A stretch of 64,000 nucleotides of DNA from Thermodesulfobacteriota bacterium. Lineage in GTDB: Bacteria > Desulfobacterota > Binatia > Bin18. The DNA is taken from contig OZ219926.1 of the NCBI GenBank assembly GCA_964291405.2, positions 2,528,001 through 2,592,000 of the forward strand, read 5' to 3'. The position numbers and the translations under genes are program-made. The notes beneath the pieces are model-generated. The model had not been told where the DNA came from. It saw only the letters and a program-made list of their open reading frames with translations, and searched no databases. Each line of letters opens with the position of its first letter. Positions within the stretch are counted from its first letter, which is position 1. This document shows positions 48,681 through 57,893 of this stretch, piece after piece.

Positions 48681-49505
48681 TCAGAGTGCCTCGTGTAAGA
48701 ATTCGTGGACCACGCTGATAAATCCGTCCGGATTATCGAGCATGACGTGGTGGTAGGTGTTCGGCACCTCGACCCAGCGACTGTTGGGCAGACCGGCACA
48801 CATCCGCTCCAGCTTCTTGGGCGAGAGGACCGGGCTATGCTGTGCCTTCACAATCAGTGTGGGACAACTGATACGCGGGAGTAAAGACCAGCCATCGATG
48901 GGCTCCCGAAAGAGGGTGCGACGGTCAAGCTTGGCCGTCCATTTCCCGTTTGGGAGTTCGGTAAATGCAAAAGAAGCCAGGTAACGCAGCTTGTCTTCCG
49001 AGATAAAGGACTCGCGCGGGAAGACGCGAAAACGCGCAAGGGCTTCCTGAAATGAGTCAAAGACTCGAGCTGGTTTTTCTCCCATGCGGCGCAGGAGTTT
49101 GACGGCCGCTTCGGGATAGCCGGGCTCGATATCGACAAGAATCAAGGCGTCGAGCGCTCGGGCGTGCTCGGCCGCATAGATGAGGGTATTATGTCCGCCC
49201 ATTGAGTGGCCCAACAGCACGTGGCGTTCAATATCCAAGGTGTGGACCAGTTGGTGAAGGTCATCGACATAGTGCCGGGTGCTATAGGCTGGCGGCTCCG
49301 CGTGCTGGCTTTCGCCGTGCCCCCGCCAGTCCGGGGTGATCACTCGAAAGGACTCGGTAAAGGCCGGCGCAATAAAGTCCCACCAGCGGGTGTGGGCCGA
49401 CCCGCCATGGCAGAAAATAAACGGGCGCTTGCCTGCCGTCCCCCAATCGAGGTAGTGCAGGCGCAGGTCGTTGATCGTGACAAAGTGAGACTGGGGTTGG
49501 GACAT
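48681..49505 (-). CDS. Alpha/beta hydrolase
   Basis: HGG, DWRGHGES, GHSMGG, HHVMLDNP. Confidence 0.92.
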   Translation of the reverse strand: MSQPQSHFVTINDLRLHYLDWGTAGKRPFIFCHGGSAHTRWWDFIAPAFTESFRVITPDWRGHGESQHAEPPAYSTRHYVDDLHQLVHTLDIERHVLLGHSMGGHNTLIYAAEHARALDALILVDIEPGYPEAAVKLLRRMGEKPARVFDSFQEALARFRVFPRESFISEDKLRYLASFAFTELPNGKWTAKLDRRTLFREPIDGWSLLPRISCPTLIVKAQHSPVLSPKKLERMCAGLPNSRWVEVPNTYHHVMLDNPDGFISVVHEFLHEAL

Positions 49506-49519
49506 GGGTGCTGATAACC

Positions 49520-49551
49520 CCGCAGGGGCGTCACGAGTGTCGCCCCTGCGG
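49520..49551. repeat. REP-like palindrome
   Basis: CCGCAGGGGCG-TCACGAGTGT-CGCCCCTGCGG. Confidence 0.7.
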
Positions 49552-49577
49552 CTCTGTGCTTTTCCGAGAGTGCTTTC

Positions 49578-51860
49578 CTACGCCCCGTTCTTCTCCAGAA
49601 TCGCCTTGGCGACTTTGGCTGGAGACATGGGAAGCTCGGTCATCCGTACCCCGGTTGCCTGGTAAATGGCATTGGCAATCGCAGCGGGTGGCGGGATGAT
49701 CGGTACCTCGCCGACGCCACGAATGCCGATGGGATGACCGGGATTGGCCACCTCGACCAGAATGGTTTCGATCATGGGCAGGTCGAGACAGGTGGGCATG
49801 CGATAATCGAGAAAACCGGTATTCCGCATCGTCCCATCTTCAGCGTAGAAATACTCTTCGTTGAGTGCCCAGCCGACCCCCTGGGCCACCCCGCCCTGAA
49901 TCTGCCCCTCGACATAGCTGGGATGGACGGCCTTGCCGACATCCTGGGCGGCAGTATAGCGGAGAATATCGACTTTCCCGGTCTCGGGATCGACTTCCAC
50001 ATCAACCACGTGAGCGGCAAAGGCCGGTCCCACCCCACGCGGCCGAACGGACGCACGGCCCATAACCGGACCACCGGCGCGGGGAAATTTGGGAGCGATT
50101 TCCTTCAAGCTCAGGGATTCGTGGCCATTGCTCAGACAGGAGAGCACCCCGTCCTGGTAGGAGACGTCTTCCGGCTTGACTTTCCAGACTGTGGCGGCCC
50201 GCTGCTTCAGTTGTCCGACGGCATCTTGGGCGGCTTCATACACGGCCAGACCGGTGGCGAAGGTCACCCGACTGCCGCCGGTCGTATCGGTATGGCCAAT
50301 AGACTCCGTGTCTGCGACAACCGGGTGCATGTCTTCCGCCCGGAGGCCCAGGACCTCGGCCGCAATCATGGCGCACGAGGCCCGGCTACCACCGATATCG
50401 GGCGAGCCCGTCACCACATTGGCGGTACCATCGGTGTTAATGCTCACCGTGGCGCTCGACTGAAACGCGGCATTAAACCAGAAGCCGGTTGCCACTCCCC
50501 GCCCGCGGAGTTTTCCGTTTGCACTCTGGGGCGGTGGCGACTGATAGTGCTCACTGTTGTGAATGGCCTCAACCGTTTCGAGATAACCTATCCGTTTGAA
50601 TTGAGGCCCGGCGGGTTGGGCCGTTCCTTCCTTGGCGCCGTTGATGCGGCGTATTTCAAGCGGATCAAGCCCCAGCTTCTCCGCCAGTTCGTCAAGAATC
50701 GTTTCAGCCGCCAGAGCCGGGTTGGTGGCACCGGGAGCGCGATAGGCACACGTCTTGGGCTTGTTCAGCACGACATCGTAGCCGTCGATCTGAAAATTTT
50801 CCAAGTCGTACGGAGCCAGAACGGTCATACAACCCGCTGCCACTGGTGAACCGGGAAAGGCACCCGCTTCAAACAGGAGCTGGAGTTCGGCTGCCGTGAT
50901 TTTGCCCTCAAGGTTGACGCCGATCTTGGCACGAATATGCGAGCCTGGCGTTGGGCCTGTCGCGCGCAGCACCTCGCTCCGAGACATGACCATTTTCACC
51001 GGGCGGCCAGTCAGTTTGGACATGAGCAGGGCCACCGGTTCCAAATACACCGTGGTCTTGCCGCCAAAGCCGCCGCCGATCTCGGCCGGCACAACCTTGA
51101 TATCCCCGCGGTTCATTTGCAGCATCGTGCCGCACAACTCGCGTACGGCAAACGGCCCCTGGGTGCTGACCCAGACCGTTGCCTTGCCGTCCTGGTTATA
51201 CTGCGCCACCGCGTTATGGGGCTCGATATAGCCCTGATGGACCATGGTGGTTGCAAACTCGCGGTCAATCACGATCTCGGCCGCGGCAAACCCGGCAGCG
51301 AGGTCGCCTCGCGAGAACTGGATATGGTTGGCGATATTGGTTTCTTTATCATCCCCGGCATCGACGCCGGCGGTCCGCAGGTCCGGGTGGAGGATCACCG
51401 CGTCGTCCCGCATGGCTTCCCGCACGTTTTGGACAAAGGGCAGCGGCTCGTACTCTACTCTGATGAGCTTGAGCGCTTCCTCGGCAACGTGGGGACTGGT
51501 CGCCGCCACGGCCGCGACTGCATGGCCGTCGTACAGGACTTTGCCGCGGGCCATAATATTCGTAGCCAGGTGACGTGGGTTGACAAAGTTCTCGCCGACT
51601 TGCAGCATCCCCGGTTCAATCTCGGGAAAGTCCGCCCCGGTAATGACCGCTTTAACACCTGGCAGGGCTTGTGCCTCGGCGGTCTCGATTGATTTGATCC
51701 GCGCATGGGGATGTGGACTGCGCAACACTTTCCCGTGCAGGAGGCCCGGCAGGGTAATATCCGCTCCATAGCGGGCGCGTCCCGTGACTTTATCGACGCC
51801 GTCGTGCCGAATGGGACGGGTGCCAATCACCTTGAACTGATGCTCGTGCTGGGCTTCCAT
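49578..51860 (-). CDS. Xanthine-dehydrogenase-family Mo-binding subunit, copy 2
   Basis: HQGYIEPH, IGGGFGGK, AYRAPG, RGVGEVP. Confidence 0.93.
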   Translation of the reverse strand: MEAQHEHQFKVIGTRPIRHDGVDKVTGRARYGADITLPGLLHGKVLRSPHPHARIKSIETAEAQALPGVKAVITGADFPEIEPGMLQVGENFVNPRHLATNIMARGKVLYDGHAVAAVAATSPHVAEEALKLIRVEYEPLPFVQNVREAMRDDAVILHPDLRTAGVDAGDDKETNIANHIQFSRGDLAAGFAAAEIVIDREFATTMVHQGYIEPHNAVAQYNQDGKATVWVSTQGPFAVRELCGTMLQMNRGDIKVVPAEIGGGFGGKTTVYLEPVALLMSKLTGRPVKMVMSRSEVLRATGPTPGSHIRAKIGVNLEGKITAAELQLLFEAGAFPGSPVAAGCMTVLAPYDLENFQIDGYDVVLNKPKTCAYRAPGATNPALAAETILDELAEKLGLDPLEIRRINGAKEGTAQPAGPQFKRIGYLETVEAIHNSEHYQSPPPQSANGKLRGRGVATGFWFNAAFQSSATVSINTDGTANVVTGSPDIGGSRASCAMIAAEVLGLRAEDMHPVVADTESIGHTDTTGGSRVTFATGLAVYEAAQDAVGQLKQRAATVWKVKPEDVSYQDGVLSCLSNGHESLSLKEIAPKFPRAGGPVMGRASVRPRGVGPAFAAHVVDVEVDPETGKVDILRYTAAQDVGKAVHPSYVEGQIQGGVAQGVGWALNEEYFYAEDGTMRNTGFLDYRMPTCLDLPMIETILVEVANPGHPIGIRGVGEVPIIPPPAAIANAIYQATGVRMTELPMSPAKVAKAILEKNGA

Positions 51861-51877
51861 ATCCACCTCCCGTACAC

Positions 51878-51911
51878 AAAAACGGGGAAGAGCTGACCAC
51901 CCTTCCCCGTT
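51878..51911 (-). terminator. Intrinsic terminator-like hairpin between moaD and second large subunit
   Basis: AACGGGGAAG/CTTCCCCGTT stem then TTT on the minus strand. Confidence 0.65.
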
Positions 51912-51933
51912 CGAGAGTTATCGTAATAGCGGT

Positions 51934-52197
51934 TTACCCGCCTCCAATGGCTGGCACAAAATGGACTTCGCCTCCGTCTGGAACCGATTCGGTCAGCCCT
52001 TCCGTCCCGATCTCTCCGTTGATCGAAACCGCGATAGAGCCAACCAAATCGCCGTCCTCGACCACGCGACTCCGAAAGCCGGGGAACTGGCGTTCAAGGT
52101 CTTCGACTATTTCCCCCACCGTTTTCCCGGTGACAATCGTGCGGTCTTTACCACCGGTTAATTTACGCAGGAGTGAAGGGATATAGACAGTTGTCAT
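51934..52197 (-). CDS. MoaD/ThiS family sulfur carrier
   Basis: VYIPSLLR.LTGG, ubiquitin-like size, C-terminal PAIGGG. Confidence 0.88.
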   Translation of the reverse strand: MTTVYIPSLLRKLTGGKDRTIVTGKTVGEIVEDLERQFPGFRSRVVEDGDLVGSIAVSINGEIGTEGLTESVPDGGEVHFVPAIGGG

Positions 52198-52200
52198 TTG

Positions 52201-52281
52201 CTTGGGGATTGGGGAGCGGGTGTTGGGGATTAGGGAGTTGCGGTCTTCCCAACCCCCAGTCCCCAATCCCTGATCCCCCCA
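52201..52281. repeat. Inverted array of GGGGATT/AATCCCC heptamers
   Basis: G-rich heptamers 52203-52236 facing C-rich heptamers 52247-52280. Confidence 0.7.
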
Positions 52282-54552
52282 TTATCCGTTTTTCTCCAGG
52301 ATCGCCTTGGTCACGCGTGGGGGTGACATCGGCAGGTCCAACATGCGCACGCCGGTTGCGTTATAGATCGCGTTGGCGATGGCCGCCGGCGGAGGAACAA
52401 TTGGCACTTCGCCCACACCGCGCACACCCACCGGATGGCCGGGGTTCGGGACTTCAACCAAGACGGTTTCAATCATGGGCAGATCCAGACAGGTCGGCAT
52501 CCGATAATCCAGGAAGCCGGTGTTCTGCATACGTCCGTCCTCGCCATAGACGTATTCCTCGTTCAGCGCCCAGCCGACCCCTTGGGCTACGCCGCCTTGC
52601 ATCTGACCTTCCACGTAGCTGGGATGGACGGCCTTTCCGACGTCCTGGACAGCCGTGTAGCGCAGCACGTCCACTTTGCCGGTTTCCTCGTCCACAGCCA
52701 CGTCAACCACATGGGTTGCAAAGCCTGGCCCCACACCGCGTGGGTTGACGGACGCCCGACCCGCAACCGGCCCGCCGGTCCGTGGCAGTTTGCCGGCGAG
52801 TTCCTTGAGGGTCATGGATTCGTTACCGTTCTCAGTACAGGTGAAGACACCGTCCTGAAACGCAACCTTATCCGCGTCCACCTTCCAGGATTTGGCCGCC
52901 CGCTCCTTGAGTTGATTCAGCACGTCTTGAGCGGCTTCATACACGGCCGTCCCCGTGGCGAAGGTCACCCGGCTGCCGCCGGTCATATCCGTATGGCCAA
53001 TGGACTCGGTATCGGCCACGACCGGGTGGACTTCTTCTGCCTTAAGGCAGAGTACCTCGGCGGCAATCATGGCGCAGGACGCCCGCGTGCCACCAATATC
53101 GGTTGAACCGGTCACCACATTGGCGGTGCCGTCAGTGTTAATAGCGACGGTCGCGCTGGACTGAAAACCGGCGTTAAACCAGAAGCCCGAGGCCAAGCCC
53201 CGCCCGACCTGGCGGCCTTCGACCTGAGGCAGCTCGGACTTGAAATGGTCGCTGTCCTTGGCGGCTTCGAGCGTTTCGAGAAAGCCGATCTGGCCAAACT
53301 TTGGGCCCGCGGGCTGCGCCGTGCCCTCTTTAGCACCGTTGATGCGACGGAACTCCAGGGGATCAATCCCCAGCTTTTCGGCGAGTTCATCGATCACCGT
53401 CTCGGAACCCATGGCCGCGTTGGTTGCACCCGGAGCCCGGTAGGCCGCAGTCTTGGGCTTGTTGACCAACACGTCGTAGCCGTCGATTTGGAGATTCTCG
53501 ATGTCATACGGAGCAATAACGCACATACAGCCCGCGCCAACCGGGGAGCCCGGAAAGCCACCGGCCTCATAGGCCATCCAGACCTCGGCAGCCGTAATCT
53601 TGCCGTCCTTGTCCGCCCCCATCTTCACCTTGATATGTGAACCAGGGGTCGGTCCAGTGGCCTTGAGCACATCGGCGCGTCTCATGACCATTTTGACCGG
53701 CTTGCCCGTCTGCTTTGACAGCACCAGCGCAATCGGCTCGTAATAAATGGGAATCTTGCCCCCAAAACCGCCTCCGATTTCCGCAGGAATCACCTTGATC
53801 TTGCTCGGCGGCATGTCGAGCATAAAAGCCGTTTGATCCCGGGCCGTAAACGCGCCCTGGGTACTCACCCAGATCGTGCTCTGCCCGTCCGAACTGTACT
53901 GGGCCACGGCGTTGTGCGGCTCGATATAGCCCTGGTGAACCATGGACGTGTCAAACTCACGCTCAATGACCACCTCGGCGGCGGCAAAGCCCTCGGCCAG
54001 GTCACCGCGCGCGAACTGGATATGGTTGGCGACGTTCGTATCCGTGGGCTCCCCATCGTCACCCTTGCCCAAGCCGGGGATCAGGATCGGGGCCTTATCG
54101 TCCATGGCCTCAACCACGTTCTGTACGTGGGGCAGGACTTCATAGTCAACCTTGATCAGCTTTGTGGCTTCCTCGGCGATATGCGGGCTGGTGGCTGCGA
54201 CGGCGGCCACCACATGTCCGTCGTACAGGACCTTGTCCCGGGCCATACAGTTTAGGGATATATGCTGCGGGTTGATCGGCAGTTCTCCCATTGCCGCCAT
54301 ACCGGGGCCGATTTCCGGGAAGTCCTTGGCCGTGACGACCGCTTTCACCCCGGGCAGAGCCTCGGCCGCCGAGGTGTCGATCGATTTGATTCTGGCATGA
54401 GCGTGCGGGCTGCACAGAACCTTACCGTGCAAGAGGCCAGCCAGACTGATATCGGCGCCATACTGCGCCCGACCGGTGACTTTATCGGCCCCATCGTGCC
54501 GAATCGGACGCGTCCCGATGACTTTGAATTTATGTTCTTGTTGGGCAGCCAT
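52282..54552 (-). CDS. Xanthine-dehydrogenase-family Mo-binding subunit, copy 1
   Basis: Same motifs as copy 2, including AYRAPG. Confidence 0.93.
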   Translation of the reverse strand: MAAQQEHKFKVIGTRPIRHDGADKVTGRAQYGADISLAGLLHGKVLCSPHAHARIKSIDTSAAEALPGVKAVVTAKDFPEIGPGMAAMGELPINPQHISLNCMARDKVLYDGHVVAAVAATSPHIAEEATKLIKVDYEVLPHVQNVVEAMDDKAPILIPGLGKGDDGEPTDTNVANHIQFARGDLAEGFAAAEVVIEREFDTSMVHQGYIEPHNAVAQYSSDGQSTIWVSTQGAFTARDQTAFMLDMPPSKIKVIPAEIGGGFGGKIPIYYEPIALVLSKQTGKPVKMVMRRADVLKATGPTPGSHIKVKMGADKDGKITAAEVWMAYEAGGFPGSPVGAGCMCVIAPYDIENLQIDGYDVLVNKPKTAAYRAPGATNAAMGSETVIDELAEKLGIDPLEFRRINGAKEGTAQPAGPKFGQIGFLETLEAAKDSDHFKSELPQVEGRQVGRGLASGFWFNAGFQSSATVAINTDGTANVVTGSTDIGGTRASCAMIAAEVLCLKAEEVHPVVADTESIGHTDMTGGSRVTFATGTAVYEAAQDVLNQLKERAAKSWKVDADKVAFQDGVFTCTENGNESMTLKELAGKLPRTGGPVAGRASVNPRGVGPGFATHVVDVAVDEETGKVDVLRYTAVQDVGKAVHPSYVEGQMQGGVAQGVGWALNEEYVYGEDGRMQNTGFLDYRMPTCLDLPMIETVLVEVPNPGHPVGVRGVGEVPIVPPPAAIANAIYNATGVRMLDLPMSPPRVTKAILEKNG

Positions 54553-54554
54553 GT

Positions 54555-55031
54555 TTACCTCCCTTGCAGTTCAGCGGCGGCGTCTTGGACCGCTCTCACG
54601 ATCTTGTCATAGCCCGTGCAGCGGCAGAGATTGCCAGCCAGGGCGTAGCGAATTTCATGCTCAGTAGGGTTGGGGTTCCGGTCCAACAGCGCTTTGGATG
54701 TGACTAAAAAGCCGGGGGTGCAGATCCCGCACTGGAGGGCGGCATGCTCCAGGAATTTCTTCTGGAGCGGATGCAGGCTATCCCCGTCGGCCAAGCCTTC
54801 GACCGTGGTGATATCTTTGCCCTCGGCCTCAACCCCGAGCACGAGACAGGAGTCTGTGGGCCGTCCATCCAGAATGACGCTGCACGCGCCACAGTCGCCC
54901 GTCAGGCAGCCTTCTTTCGTGCCGGTATAGCCCACGACATCACGCAGCACTTCAAGCAGGCTCTGGCGCGGTTCACACAGGAACTCGGTCTCTTCCCCAT
55001 TAATGGTTGTTTGCACATGTACTTTCTTCAT
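54555..55031 (-). CDS. 2x[2Fe-2S] small subunit
   Basis: GCLTGDCGAC, QCGICTPG, NLCRCTGY. Confidence 0.95.
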   Translation of the reverse strand: MKKVHVQTTINGEETEFLCEPRQSLLEVLRDVVGYTGTKEGCLTGDCGACSVILDGRPTDSCLVLGVEAEGKDITTVEGLADGDSLHPLQKKFLEHAALQCGICTPGFLVTSKALLDRNPNPTEHEIRYALAGNLCRCTGYDKIVRAVQDAAAELQGR

Positions 55032-55054
55032 GTTTTTCCTGCCTTCCCAATAAC

Positions 55055-55924
55055 CTAGCGTGCCCGCGCCCGCGCGGCTGCTTCCTTCAAAGTGCGGCGG
55101 GTGAGAACACCGACCAGATGCGTCCGAAATTCTGCCGTGCCGCGCATATCACTAATGGGCGAGGCGGCTTGCTGAGCGAGCTGTGCCGCTGCATCGATAG
55201 CGGCGTCATCCAGCGTTTTCCCGACGAGAGAATCACCTGCTTCTTTGGCTAGAAGTGGCCGGGCGGCCACCGCGCCAAGACCGATACGGGCCGCGGTGCA
55301 GGTATCGCCATCAAGCGCCACGCACGAGCCCACGCCAACCACCGCGATATCCATCTCGTTCCGAGGGATAAAACGTTGGTAACAGTCAGACGCCTGCCCT
55401 TGCAGGGCGGGAATCTGGAATGCCACCAGTAACTCGTTCGGTGCGAGGACCGTTTGTCCGGGAGCGGTCACAAAATCTTCAACCGCCACCTCACGCGTGC
55501 CGTTGGGTCCAGCGATCTGACAGACCGCGCCCAAGGCAATCAGAGCCGGCGTCGTATCTGCGGCGGGGGAGCCGTTACACACATTCCCGCCCACCGAGGC
55601 CCGCGCCAGGATCTGATCGGAGCCGATCAGCGCGGCAGCCTCAGCCAGCCCCGGATAGTGCTGCTGCACCGTCGCGTCGGCAATAATCTCGCAGCACGCG
55701 CGCGCGGCTCCGAGTTGGAGCCCGCCTTGTGCATCAAAAGACAAGGCTTGGAGTTCTGGGATCTTTTTGGCGTCAATCACCTGTCCCGGTTGTCGTACAC
55801 CGGCACGCATCTGGATAATCAGATCCGTACCTCCTGCCAGCATACGCCCATTTTCGCCCGCCGCCGCCAAAACACTAATGGCCTGATCGAGCGAAGTCGG
55901 CGCTTCATAATTCAGTTCGTGCAA
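55055..55924 (-). CDS. FAD-binding medium subunit
   Basis: AGGTDL, ASVGGNVCNGSPAAD, PISDMRGTAEFR. Confidence 0.93.
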   Translation of the reverse strand: MHELNYEAPTSLDQAISVLAAAGENGRMLAGGTDLIIQMRAGVRQPGQVIDAKKIPELQALSFDAQGGLQLGAARACCEIIADATVQQHYPGLAEAAALIGSDQILARASVGGNVCNGSPAADTTPALIALGAVCQIAGPNGTREVAVEDFVTAPGQTVLAPNELLVAFQIPALQGQASDCYQRFIPRNEMDIAVVGVGSCVALDGDTCTAARIGLGAVAARPLLAKEAGDSLVGKTLDDAAIDAAAQLAQQAASPISDMRGTAEFRTHLVGVLTRRTLKEAAARARAR

Positions 55925-56038
55925 GGTCGCCTCCTTTTTGATTTTGATTCGTCTTCCGTCGTCTTCCTGCCCCTTCGCAGGCTCCTAGATTGCTATATAA
56001 AAGCGCCAGGAAGTGCAAGGGTTCCCGAACATTCCGTC

Positions 56039-56638
56039 TTATATTTTTCGTGCGCCAACCCACCGAGCGTACTCCCGAGGCGTATCAATATCGGCGCGAA
56101 TACCGGGATCGTCGAGCGCAAGCTCGCGCACCCGCTCCGGGTCTTTACGGACAACCACCTTGGCCCCTTTATCCAGCGGGGCCGCCAGAAGCTCTCCGTA
56201 GACACCCTTTGAGAACAGCACCGGATGGCCGCGACGGCCCTGGTAGGACGCAATAATAATGGGCAGGGGATCGGTCGCAAACGACACCAGGAGGGCCTGT
56301 ATGGTCTCGGCTTGGATAAGAGGATGATCAACCAGATTGACCACGGCGGCCTCGCTCTCGGACGACAGGGTCTGAATCCCTACTTGCAGAGAAGAGAGTT
56401 GGCCCAGTCGGTAGTGCGGGTTTACCACAGTCCGAAGAGCGGGATGTTTCGGGACGACCGCCCGAATCGGTTCTTCGTGCTCATGCGCTCCGAGTACGAC
56501 GATGAGTTCATCGACTCGGGCGGTCAAAAAGCTCGTACAAATATTTTCAATAAAGGTTCGCCCCTGGTAGTCGAGCAGCGCTTTGGGCGATCCCATCCGC
56601 CGGGACTCACCGGCGGCCAGGATAATTCCGGAAATCAT
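56039..56638 (-). CDS. mocA: MocA-like molybdenum cofactor nucleotidyltransferase
   Basis: GIILAAGESRRMGSPKALL, GHPVLF, DIDTP.EY. Confidence 0.8.
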   Translation of the reverse strand: MISGIILAAGESRRMGSPKALLDYQGRTFIENICTSFLTARVDELIVVLGAHEHEEPIRAVVPKHPALRTVVNPHYRLGQLSSLQVGIQTLSSESEAAVVNLVDHPLIQAETIQALLVSFATDPLPIIIASYQGRRGHPVLFSKGVYGELLAAPLDKGAKVVVRKDPERVRELALDDPGIRADIDTPREYARWVGARKI

Positions 56639-56666
56639 ACCGCGTGTTCGTTGAGAGCAAGAGCGA

Positions 56667-57828
56667 CTACGGAGTAAATTTGAGGGGTCCGTCGGGCCGG
56701 ACCTTGGCGGCCAGTGAAAGTGTATCGGCCGGGCCCTTGCGCCGGGCACGAACGATCTCGGCGGTAATGGCGACGGCAATCTCCGCCGGCGTTTCCGCCG
56801 CAATATCAAGCCCTAACGGCGTATGCACGCGGGCGACCGCCTCCGAGCTATAGCCCTGTTCAACCAGGCGTTCGAGCGTTCTTTTTGAGCGCCGCCGACT
56901 GCCGATCATACCAATATAGGCCGGATTCTTCTTGAGAGCTGTCTTGACCGAGGTCTCGTCCCACACATGACCGCGGGTGACCACAACGACAAAGGTCTGC
57001 TGGTTGATATGCAGGCTGTTCAGGACCTCCTCAAACGGTCCGACCCGCACCTCGGCGGCGCGAGGAAACCGCTCCCGATTGGCAAAGGCCCAGCGATCAT
57101 CCACCACAACCGTATGGAAGCCGAGCATGGCCCCTATCTCGCACAGCGGCTGCGCAATATGGCCGGCACCCACAATGAGCAAGGTCTGCACCCCGGTCTG
57201 CACGTCAACGAAAACACGCGGCCAATCCTCTTTTCGGACCACCGCGTCTTCCCGGACCTCACCCTGCGGCGACACGGCAAACAGTTGGGGTTTGCCGGAA
57301 GAGACAGATGAGGAAAATGTCTCGACCGTTTCTGCTGCGATGGAGACGGTCCGGCGTCAGCGACGCCCCGCCGTTTCCATCCTGGCCAAGAGACAGGCAG
57401 CTCTTTGTGCCGGGTTGGACTCCGCTGAGCGGGTCGAGCGCCGTGACCAGAGCCGCGGGCTGGTGAGCGCGTGTGGCCTCGGCCAAGGTATGCGCCAATT
57501 CCCGGTGTTCCTCCGGCTGCCAGAGGTCAAGCGCGACATCCATCACGCCACCACAGACCTGGATCTCGTCCTGATCAAAGTCGCCGGTTAAATCGACCTG
57601 AACAATGCGTGGGGGGAGTTTTTGGTCCAGAACCGGATAGGCCCGGCGGAGCACTTCTCCTTCGCCGCAGCCCCCGCCAATAGTCCCAAACGGCTGGCCT
57701 TCGGGTGGCACAACCATTTTCGCCCCGACCTCACGCGGTACGGAGCCACGCGTGCGGATAATGGTCGCCAACACAAAGGGCTTGCCAGCCGCCAAAATTT
57801 CTTCTGCACGTTCCCAGAGATCTTCCAC
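56667..57828 (-). pseudogene. xdhC: XdhC/CoxI family maturation factor, +1 frameshift near 57350
   Basis: GSVPREVGAKM, GTIGGGCGE, CGG; then GAGHIA, VTRGH.WD, YIGMIGSRR, PLGLDI.AETPAEIA; frames join if one G is removed from CCGGACC. Confidence 0.85.
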
Positions 57829-57893
57829 GTCACGAATCCTATCTGAACAGTTGGAGGGGGGGAAAGCAATGGAATACTGTCCGTTTTACGAGG

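Noticed and set aside
57340-57360. Programmed frameshifting in xdhC or the LLM genes
   Set aside because: No slippery heptamer or stimulatory structure at the shift sites
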